The notes under the pieces were generated by a model. That model worked only from the letters and a program-made list of their open reading frames with translations. It was not told the DNA's origin and ran no database searches. This document shows positions 13,901 through 25,900 of a stretch of 64,000 nt of DNA, one piece after another. This stretch comes from Tubulanus polymorphus. Taxonomy: Eukaryota > Animalia > Nemertea. The stretch covers positions 24,052,345-24,116,344 of the forward strand of contig NC_134028.1 in NCBI RefSeq assembly GCF_964204645.1, in the 5' to 3' direction. The translations under genes and the position numbers were made by a program. Within the stretch, counting starts at the first letter, position 1, and each line of letters opens with the position of its first letter.

Positions 13901-16900
13901 TCATATTTTATACGACTCCTATCATACACGAAATCTACGAACGAGTTACATCAATTTCTATCGTGATGTTATCTTCATAACTAATGTAGTTATGGAAATG
14001 CGAGCTTCGAAACTGTAAAATAGCGAATGAAAAATCTGCGTACATCGAGTCTAACAACGATCTATTAAAAAATGTTCCGTATAAGTTGCCATGGTTTCTG
14101 GAATACGGTTTGATTTCTTCGCGGCGTTTTTTTTAGCCTTCGCACGTTCGTTCGTTTGCTTCGTTCGTTCGTAACTTGACTCGACTTCTTTTCGTAAACT
14201 AATCAAGTGCGAGGGCTTCTGATTAGACGGAACCCTTCGTCTTCGCCACGAGCCCGCATAATTACTGAGGGCAATTCTACAGTCGAATAATACCGACAAT
14301 TAGCAAAATCAACCGAACCGTCAACCTCGAATCTGATAATGTGAAGTTGTTGATTGCTATTTCGGCCCCGGAAGCCTGCGAGTCAATTACGTCCGCTATG
14401 TCAGGTGACAACACTGTCGCAGCGGTAATTTAAAATCTGAACCGCTGGGTAGCTGAATTAAATTCTAACTAGATGCTATTCTCTTGGTCGCATTGTTTGT
14501 TTGAAGTTCGCGAAGTTTGAAGTGTTCATCGTTAGTGACAAGGAGCGCTGTCAACGTAGCAGAAAAATATTAAAGGTTGACGGATCTCATAACACCCATC
14601 CGTCTTTCTTTTTTTTGAATCGGGGTCGGCATTAATCAATGAATATTTTGAGTATTTTGTTAGCATTCTCCTGATAATAGTTAACGCTAGTTCAGACCGG
14701 TTGGAAGATTGTTTCCATGAAACGAAACTGAAATTTCCAATTATGTAAATCAGTTTTAACAAAACATTCTGTAGAATCGACAACTACTTATGACTGTACT
14801 TTGATTATGTCTAATTTCGAAATCAAACCCCCTGTTTCGCTCCTGGCAGGTGTGGTGGGTTTGTAAGGGATGACCAAATCAAATCTTCCAACCAAATAAA
14901 TAACAGGGACAATCCTTATTTAAGATCAGACGATGGGGAATGTTGAGTTATAGTTCTTCATTCAGTTCGTTAACACGACTTCGATCCAGTGATCGAAAAG
15001 ATATTCATCTTCGTGTCAAATTACTGACCGGCTCGCGTAAATTACGATCTAGGTGGCGCCTGCGGTGAAGCTTCGATCCGGACGCGGGGATTAAGACGCG
15101 AAATCGTCGTCGGCGTCGCCTAACGTGACGTGAAAAGATTGATGGACACGCGACGATCAGCTGAAATTGCTAATGAAATCATGACCGATGGAAATAGCTG
15201 TCAAATCTTACGCGCGAGACGACGATAAACAAGTTCCGTCGCGCCGACTGTACTAATAAGTTTACAAAATCGTCATCGGACGCCTGAAGTTTTTCGATTT
15301 TTCACTCGAACTCGCGTCGACTTTTCATTCATCGATCAAAAAAACATCTACGCTTACGTGACTCGGTGTAGAGGCTTCGTTTCGACTCGTTGGTCCATTT
15401 CAAAAGATGTAATTTACGCATATTTCGAGTATTTCTGCTATGAATGGATATTTCATAGCATCGGCAAAAAATGCCTGGAATCTTATACTTTACATCATAC
15501 GAGAACAGAAAAATGAGCATGTTTTTTAACAGACAGAGCAGGAAACAGAATCCACTGTCTGTACAGCTTGTTTGTGTGCTTTTGTTTACCCTGCAACGCA
15601 GGAAACCAGGAGAAACAATGCTTTTTTTATTACCCGCAGGACAACTCGTCGGGTTTTTCTATTTACAAGCCTGTGGTGCGTCGGTGCCCCCGGGACCCGC
15701 TCGCCGATGATATTTCACGAGAAAAGAACAGGGCAACACTAAATATTGAGATATAATAATTGAGATAATTATATTTGAAATGTAATAATGTCTTGTTTCG
15801 GTGTACGAAATAAAAGTCTAAAATATTCAGAAAATGAAAAAAATATGGGATATTTTCAATATTCAACACTTTCAGACGGTCAGACACTCTCTCATTCATT
15901 CTAATGCTTAGAAAATGGTCATCTAGGTAGAATTTATTAACCACCCATTGAAAATACATCAAAGCCATTTACCTATGAACAATAATAACTGCGTGCACCG
16001 TTTGTGGCACCGACAGGGAACAGTTCATGATCCGTAACGGATCCCTTTTTTCTGCTTACGTTCGTTTATTATAATTGAGTTGCATTAATTAACGAATCTA
16101 CAATAACAAATCCAGAAAATGATTAGAATTGAATTTCTAGACGTCGGAATGTTGATTATTATTTTTCTTTTTTTTTTCAGACATTGTTGAAAAGTTATCA
16201 AACGAATATTCGACGAAGATCTTCGAAAATCGGCGCATTTCGATCGTTCGATTTTTCTTTTTTTTTCTAAATCATCAAAAAAAACAGAACAGAAATGAAA
16301 ACATGCGAAAAAATACTTTGATTCCAAGTAATAATAATAATAATAATTATCAATCGTCCAAATTTAAATCATCCATTCCAAGTGTCAATTAATTGGATTA
16401 ATAATATGAGTATATATATATAAATATATATATGAATATATATTTTATATCTAGGATATAAAAACTGAGGACAATTTGAAAATTCTGATAACTGTACACG
16501 ATGCACCAATTCATCAATTCCAGTGTCGCCATCCAAAAAAAGACAAAAAAACTACAAAGCTTTTTTCTCTCTCTTTCTATAATGTTTTTATCTATGATTA
16601 TGATTTATGAAAAGAAAAACGAACGGTGCTTCGAAAAATCATGATTCCGTTTTTTTGTTGTTGTTGCGAAAAAGAAGGTGATTCAATCGTCAATTGTCAA
16701 GACAGGCACACAAGACAATTACAGCATGCTTTTAAAGATCCGTACCATTTTATCTATTATTCAGGTCATGAATCAGATTCAAATTATTCATTCATTGGAC
16801 TTTTTTTATGCCGCGGATTTTTAATGAGAATTTTCTGCGATTCTGTTTTTATGATTACTTATCGTGTACCGTCGTCCAATTCAACACATTTCGTAACTGA

Positions 16901-19900
16901 TTTTGTGTAGTCCCTGTTCTGGCAAATGGCATGCTTTCTATAACAGTAACTAATCGTCTAAAAGAACAACCATTCCGAGAAGTGCTCTGTATATTATCAC
17001 AATCATTCCCAAGTCATTGTTCAGCCCACAAAGTATAGGCCATGCACCACAAGCCTAAATATAGTCACCAAAAATAATCGAGGGTAAGGTGTTGGAGGGG
17101 TAGAGATAATAATAGTAATAATCAAATAATAATAAATAATCATCCACTTTGTCACCAGGTGGCAGTACTTTTGATAAAATGGGTCCATTTTCCAATTGTA
17201 GCTCAGCACCATCCAAATTGATAAATGATAATTGTTCAGAGGCTGTTGGTAATAATTTTGAAATAGCGAACATTTACGATCAAAATGGTAGGAAATATAT
17301 GGAAATTGTTTTGCAGCGAATGTCAAAAATATATGTATGTACGTAGCTCCATAATACATATATAATATAATATATCGAGACAATAACAGTCTTATTAAAT
17401 AGTGGAATAATCATAATAATCATAATAATACATGATGAAAGCTTTTATTCATAATTATGATGACAATAGGAAAAAGAATCGTATACGCCTAAAATGATCT
17501 GCCAATCTGCCTCGGAGGGGAGAGAGAGTAATGTTTTCATCTTTTTTTTTTATAAATAGGGCTGACATGCAGTGGTGATGTAAAAATCAGTCGGCTTGTT
17601 TCATACTAAACAAATATACAACATCCAAAAAAACATTGAGGGTATCAAAAGCACATGATCAAGCTATATTACAGACAAGATTGTGAAGACTCGTTCATCC
17701 TTGTTAAACGGCCAAACATGCACTGCCTGTGACACCTTAATATAAAATAGACACATCACCTCGGGCCACGCATAATGACCTCTATTGCATTATTTTTATA
17801 CCATATACACCTAAATTATATGAAATGACAGCACGTATGCGAGTAGGAATTTGTGCTATTTTTTTGTCGCAAAAAAACTAGCATTTATCGTGAAAGAGAA
17901 AATAACGTGATCAAAATAGTCTCAATCGTTTTTTTCACGTCTGATCGAGACTGATATTATTGTTCAATTTCAACGAAATCGGGATGAATTTTTCGAAACG
18001 AAATTTCGCGTCGGTGAACGAAAAACAAGCCATATATAAATAGCGTCCGTAGCTTTAAAACGGTCCGTTCGTTTTTTAAACGACGGATCGGCAAATTTGA
18101 ATTTGAAATTTCTTCTTTCTTTTTTTTTAAAGAAAACAAATCAAAATAATCGATAACACAGATAATCTAAAAATTAAACAGCATGAAGAAATGCCAAAAA
18201 TGGGTCGGAAATTTGATTTTTGATCTCAATCAAAATACAAGGTGATTTTATGTCTTGCGTTATTTGTCCAGAATATATATACATATATATATATATATAT
18301 TTGGGGAAGAAACTTGCGCCATAACCAAAAACCAGACAAGATCTAATACTAGTAAGATGTATCTATGAGCTATCATAGCATGTGGAAGGGATCGGAAATA
18401 GGGGGGCCCAGACTCAACATGTACTCATCAATATATATATTTTATATAATATATAATATATATATAAAATATCTAATGTAATACACCGAAGAAGAAGACA
18501 TGAATACTAATAAAATATAGACAGCTTTTTTTTTTGCTTGTTTATTGTTGCAAAAATCCGGAGTACGTTCAAGAACTAATGATAATAATTATTATATTGA
18601 TCATGAGCCAAAAAGATGAGGAGAGCAGGACAAGAAAATTCCAGCACGCGTGACTTATTCAGAGCAGTCAGTCAGAGTCAATCATGACCACGTAAAAAGA
18701 GCTTTCTTTCTTCAGACAACAAATGCATACGATTATTACTTTTCTGATATAATGATTCGATTCTGTAATGGTTGCAATAATTTTTTTTTTTTGATCTCAT
18801 AACAAAACGAAGCGACAACCCATCGAAAATAATAATAAACAGCATGCCGATTCTCAAATCATGAGCATATTTTGTTGTTGTTGTTGTCAAAGTACGTTAT
18901 ATAAGTACAGTAGCGATATATAAGGTAATAGATCTGTTTTCGATTGGTTCATCATTTTTCATCTTCAATAATTGTCAATCAACACTAGCAGCCAATAATG
19001 ATAAATGATACGATATAAAGATAATGGATTGTCAAGTCCTGGATAAATCGAAAAACGTTCATACTTACGAGAAAGTGGGGGAGGCATTTCTTAATACTGC
19101 GTAATGTAAATTATAACTTAGCTTTTAGATTGTGCTACCACGAAATTTTTTTTTACGTATTTGAAAACCATGCACCTCAATCTTTCGGCCCTCTACCACA
19201 GTGCCGTTCAATTTCTCCCGTGCTCGGTCGGCGTCGGCGCTATTTTGGAAAGTTACAAAACCAAATCCCTGCATGCATGAGGAAATAAATGTAAGGGACA
19301 TGCATTAATCAACGTGCAAATCAACATAAACAGATCATGGCATCTTTTTTTAATTTATACTGGAAAAATATCGTACATCATTTTACTCCGATTGTCGGGG
19401 AACGGAGTTGGATGGGGCGCGGAGGAGGGGGGTACGATTTCCTGGAAGAAGCCATCCGCTACAGCCCTGAATGGCATTCGTCGAAAATTATGGCGTATCT
19501 TAATTATTAAGGATTTCCGCATTTTCAGAGTTACCTCGGAAAACACTGTGGGCGAGACAGGAGTGGGCAACGGAAATAAAGATTTCCAAAGAAACATCGA
19601 ACGTGAGCCAAGGACATGCGAACGAATGAACAAGAATCATGCTTTCATTCAGAAGCTGATGTCAGCGGTGGTTTTTATAGTCGTGTGCGCGTGTTGTTGC
19701 GGTGGCGTGAAAACGAATATGGAAATGAGAGTCATTTAAGAAGGACGGCTCCGTGGCGCAGGAAGGAAGGAAAACAGGAAAGGGCAAACTCGGCCGCGGT
19801 AAATGATAAATTACGATCTACGGAGACGCGAAATAATTGAAAAGAAAATGACACGACACAAATTAGATAGTCTGGTAGCTACGCGAATAATGGAAACAGT

Positions 19901-22900
19901 AATGGCAACAATTTCAGGAAATTGAACGTGTCCACCAAAACAAGTCACGATCGATCTCGTACATTTTATAATCGCGATATGTTTTTCTTCTTCGTGTAAT
20001 AGTTCAGTACACGAGGAGTAAGATAAGATAAGATAACGCGGAAGGAAAGCTCCGCTCGATGTTAAGGTTGGATATTAATCGACAGGTGCAATGGATCAAG
20101 TCTCTTGTGTCAATATTAATTTCAGCGCATCGAAAATCTTTCCAGTCTTAAATGGAATACGCAATAAACATGGCCGGGGTGGGAAGGGATATTTTACTAA
20201 CGAAAAAGCAATGAAGCGATGGAGTTAGTTTGTTTAGTTGAGTAAACAGGGTTTCGGACGGGTTCTCCATACGAAGAAAATGATGTACTATATTTATATG
20301 CAATACAATTTACGAGGACGAATTCAACACGGCATCGTACAGTCCTACGAAAGATAGTAATCTAACGAAAAAAAGCTACCCCCGCCCTCGGGGGACGAGT
20401 ACAAGTTACGACGACGAAAGGCGATCTGGACAGAAATTACCACAATCAAATTGCGCCTCAGTCCCAGTATCCGCATTGATAGTTTATAGAATCCGAATCA
20501 AAGCGAAATCTATATCTATTTTCGCCGCAGCCGGAATCAATAACGTCGCGACGAGTTCTGAACGCTGGTATTTTTGGCGATACCGATTAATATTCAAAAA
20601 ATTTTTTTTCCAGTTTTAAAATTTTTTTCATTTCATTTCATACAGAGGGCGTGGTACCGATAAAATAATCACTATTGATCAGGAATGTACGATTGCGCGT
20701 TGAATAATCTGCCTGGTCAACTTTACTTGAAAGGGTAATGATGATAATATGAAGATTGCAGGGGCGAGTGGGGGGAATTCCTATGCATCTTTTGCCATTG
20801 AATATGCACATCACAATAATCACAATTCAACATTCAAGTCTTTATCTCTCTAAAATCAGGCACAGGAGAATCATGAAGGCCCCGTGAAAAAAATATTTCC
20901 CATTTTATATCGAAGGTTTTTAGCTGTGTTAACCCGGTATCGAATCCAATAAATGTGAAAACAAGCAGCACTTAAGCCTAGCGCACATCGACACTGCGAT
21001 TGGAGACAACTAGTTGCTACCGAACGATTACCCCGCGCACATCGAAATCTAGTTACAACCATCAGTTGCAGCAACTGCATGGCGCGTGTCGATCGTCGAG
21101 ATCCAGAGCGCGCACATCGATGGATACGACTGCGATTGAGTACAACCAGTTGCTCAAAAGTAGAACATGGGCAACTGGCTGGAACTGGAGATAGATCGAC
21201 ACTTACTAAGCTCGCTCACATCGACACATTCAAGCAACTGATCGTATCCAGCCAGTTCCTCTCATGCGCCGAAAACTGCCTTGCAACTAGTTGTCTCCAA
21301 TCGCAGTGTCGATGTGCGCTAGGCTTTATTGTTCAACTGATTCTATTAGAAATCACGAGCTTTCGCTGCTAGTTCAACTTGAGTAGCTTCAGGTAAGATG
21401 AAGCCCGGTGAAGCTACTACAGGGGTTCCTGTAGTAAACAACCTACCAAATTATATGACTATACGAGACATTTCTTCTCAATTTTCCACGTTATTTTGCG
21501 GAAAATTGCCACAGCCAAGAAAAAGACATTCGTTTAAGACCAGAAAACATGGAAATATCATTATGCCAAATGACTTTCAGTAAAGATCTGAAATTCCCCG
21601 ACTCTCAATGATTTTCACTTAATGCGAGAACCCTATACTATGCACTAGTAGCGAAAGCTCGTAAGATCTAATTAAATCAGTTAACGTACGAAGTGCAACC
21701 TGTTTTTACATTCATTCATTTAATTTTAACAAAAGCGAGGTGAATTTAGAGCATTGAACAACATTTCATTAGTCGAAATCAAAATCCCAACTGTGGGACT
21801 GTAAATCCTGAACGTCTGAAGTGGGCACGTTTAAACGAGTGATAAAATGGGAATATTTTTTTCATAATACGCCTTGATTATAATGATAAATCACACAAAA
21901 AGCAATTTTAATCATCCATCGTAAATTTTTTGTCTCTCATTTGGAATCGATGAATGACGTCCCAACATGTAAAACTGACCATGCAAAAAGACGGGCACAA
22001 AAATATATATAGATACAATTCGTCTGATAAGGGTTCTAGTTTCCGTACGTTTTATTTCTGGAAAAAAGCAAAAATTACGAAACATCGATTACCATAAAAA
22101 TATAAATCTGAGTAAGAAGCTGTTATTAATACTCGGTCTGGATCGATGGGAGACTTTCGTTTTATATATCCGCACGAGAACCGCCCTCGGCGCTGTGAAT
22201 TTCTTCCCGAGCTCCGACCGATCTAGCGTTATCTGACTCGCGTTGCGATTATCAAAGCTCGAAATTTTTTCGAGGAGAAACGAAACAACGGGTATCGTTT
22301 TTATGCGAAGTATGACGAGGTGGCATGTGAATTTTATCGTCGAGTTTTTGGAAGGCAGCCAGCCATCGGGCGATTTACTGTTTATCGCAAAAATATCTTT
22401 CGCGATATATTTGCTCGAAATAGCATCAACAGTCATAGCGTAAAAACTGCCTCATCAATTCCTTTACGTTATTATTATCAATCGTTGCGATGTTATGGGT
22501 AGGTCTACGAAATTCCGCCCCGGGGTTTGTAACTAGCGCGCTCTTTCGTAACGTGTAATTTTGTAATTCATCAATTCGAAAGCCCATATTTCTCGTAGCT
22601 ATGAAAATCGATAAGATACGGAAACTAGAACCCTAAATAACGAAGAATTTTATACAAGTTTCGGGACGCAGTAAAAAATGACCGATAAAATTGTTTCGAC
22701 CGTAAAAATTCAGTTATCTTATCATTCAAAATTACGCATTATTTATCATGGAATCCTCCTGATACGAGATGTACAAGAAGTCACCAACCGAGCTTTCCGC
22801 TGATTGAATCACTTTTGGATTAATCAGACAATTTTGACAGGCACTGCTCTCTGAAAAGGTTATTTCGTGCCCGGCGAAATTGTATTTTCGGTAAATAAAC

Positions 22901-25900
22901 AAATATGCGAGGGGGGGCTGGGCTGGCCATGTAAGCGTAGTGGGTGGCTTCGAAGATTTATAGACAGTCGGGGAAACTAAAAAGCCGGGTTGGTGATTCG
23001 TGTACTGCATATCTCTGCATCATGAGAGAGAAAAACACATTGTAGAGAGATATGTGAGAAGTTGCACGCAGGAACTCTGATAAAAATTCCCATTTACAAC
23101 TTACTCTCGATAGAACTCTAATGTAACGTAAAGATATTTAGGCCTATTCAGGAGGTCTACGAGATCTTTTTTACACCGCGCTGATGAAATGAAGTGACCC
23201 GTGCGTGCGGGCATTGTAGAGGGACACATATCCCTCGCAGGGATGAGGGTAATCATTCCGAATACAGTAAAAACCAACAATACAAAAGAAAAAACGATTG
23301 AAAAAATAATATAACATAAAATTCTGAAAATGTTTCCTAGAGCTAGAAGTTAATTCAACGTTTCGACTATATTCTAATAGTCATCTTCAGCTCCTCCTTG
23401 AGATATACATGTAATATTGTAATATACACATTATCATTATATATTTCATTATCTGTCGTAACTTTCAAATATTTCCCGAAGATCACTATCAGGATATAGT
23501 GTCTGTTGAGCTGAAGGAAACCTTTCTCCGACTTGACATCATTTTTTTGTATCGTGAGTTTTTACCGTATTATGGTTCGGAGTGTTTTATCTCGATAAAT
23601 CATTGTAAATAATCAACATTAGCGAATAGATTCACTTCATCAAACAGAGCCTTATCATCAACACGGTTGTTTTTTCAGCCACAACCGACCGACGACATCA
23701 GACACACACACACACTAGCCACGGTCGACTGGGTTTGACAGAAATGTTGATTTAGTTACAGGGCTCCCGGCTGTCTGTCGGATTATGCCGGCATCAAGCG
23801 CGGACACCATTTGATAGGTTCGCAAAGATTTCCGATACCCGCGAGTGTCCACGGGCTCATAACGTATCAATACTGCGGACGACGTCGACGCACCAAAAAA
23901 TCATCGATCCAATACAAATGGCAAGAAATCCAAGGAATTGATATTGCCACGGATCAAGAACTGACTATAGCCACGTTCACACTTTCAAAGTTCATACTGA
24001 AATCCTAGTGTGAATGCAGCTTATACCCGGTTACGCTAAGCCTACCATTGCGCTATTGTTTGAACTAGGCATTCAAACGGCTTAATCAACATAGCCAAAA
24101 CATGCTAATAACTCTTGGGGACATAATAATAATCGGGAGGATGTTGTAAATTGAATACTTTGTGATGATCTGGTTGATGGTTGAGTCACGCCCTGTCAGA
24201 ACAATAACACCAGATATCACTAAGCTCACCATCAAATGATTACAGTGGCCACCTGATAGGGATATAAATATATACATCAAGTGCTGACCGGGTCGTGTCT
24301 CATTGAACACAAGAAAGACTCGTATTTCATGAAATGGGTGTGTTACACTAACGATTTCATCAGAGCGCGCGGTGCAAAAATAGATTCAATATGAACTTTA
24401 GGTAGAGTAGTAGCTGCCGCAATCATCAAATCGCCCGAGGATGAAGTTGAAATCGGATACATGCCCTGACAATACATATGAATAGCTGATGGCATATCAT
24501 AAACCATCTAGCCATAATCGTATTCCCAAAGTTCTATGAGTTGAACCTTAATTTTGATTGTCCGAAGATTTGTAACTCTACCGCCAGGGCCTAAGTCTTA
24601 GACTATACTCATTCTATAGCCCATCTTACATCTTAAAACTAAGTTTAAATGCCGTCTGAGTCGCAGCATTGTCGGTTACAACTGGGTGTGTAGGCCGACT
24701 ACAATGCGATTGTCAAATCTGTGTCAGTCGCAGGAGCAACTTAGGTCAGTTGCGATTGGGAGAGACGGTTGTCGCAGAAAGTGAAATACATGTGTCTCAT
24801 TGCAACAGGCATCACTGGCAGTCACAGAGAATCACGAGTTGCTGGCAATCGCAAGACCGACCTATGCCCGGCTTATGACCATTGTTTGACTTACAAGTTA
24901 CAAGTATATAACTAGGCTCTGATCTATGTCCAGCGTATCTACAATAGATCACATCTCCATAGACTCGCGATTCGTCATTTTCCGCAAGTCAGTGAGTGAG
25001 ACGCTGTCGCTGGCGATCTCTGCGGCGCTAGGACGCGGCGAAGATCCGATCGCATTTATCTAACGTTCGATTTGTCAAAATAAGACCGGAACGTGACACC
25101 GGGTTTTATTCGCGGTCTTCGCGGGATTCGAAAGGGATACGAAAACAACGTCGAGAAAAACTCGAAATACTAATCAACTATAGGCTTATACAGCGTCGAC
25201 TAGATCGACAGTTCTTCATGGCTGTAACGTAATTATTCCACAGATCCCCGAACGAACACCAGCGAATAATTTATGAATCGTTTTTCTATGACGCGAGAGG
25301 TAACCTGGGAATTCGAAAGGCGTTTTTCGGATAAAACGTTCCGAACGACTCGGACCGATTCGATGATTCGCGACGACGCTAATACGAAAAGATGGAAACA
25401 TTTCTACGGCGACGTTCCGTAATAGAACGTAAAAAAAAAAGTTTTCCATCTTTTTTTTTTTCTCGGGCGAGATAGATGCCTGCTTTTCCTTTCCGAACGG
25501 AAGGATGAAAAGCTGGCATTGATCTTGCCGAGGATGATTTTCTTAGATCATATTTTCGATGAAATGACTGATATAGCTTTCAACATACCTTCGATCCTCT
25601 TTCGTTGAATATAATTTCTACATCTAAGATCGGGCCGAACTACAAAAACAAAAGAAATACCATTCGAATAATTATCGTTTATTTCAGATTTCTATTTCGA
25701 GCTAAGGAAGAATAAATAACTTTAAAAAAACAACGTTTGAAGAATATTTACAATAAATAGTGGAATAGCCCGTACACTCTCACGCAGAGAATACATAATA
25801 AGGTTTAAAACAAATTTCATACAAAATTTAAAAGATTAAAAGCGATTTTCATTTATCAGAAATTAAGATCAAAAGCGAGACATTTCGCACTCTCACGACA

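Noticed and set aside
17021-17383. Protein-looking ORFs on both strands (e.g. [22 protein letters not shown])
   Set aside because: No convincing splice sites or recognisable domain; runs into a TAA microsatellite.
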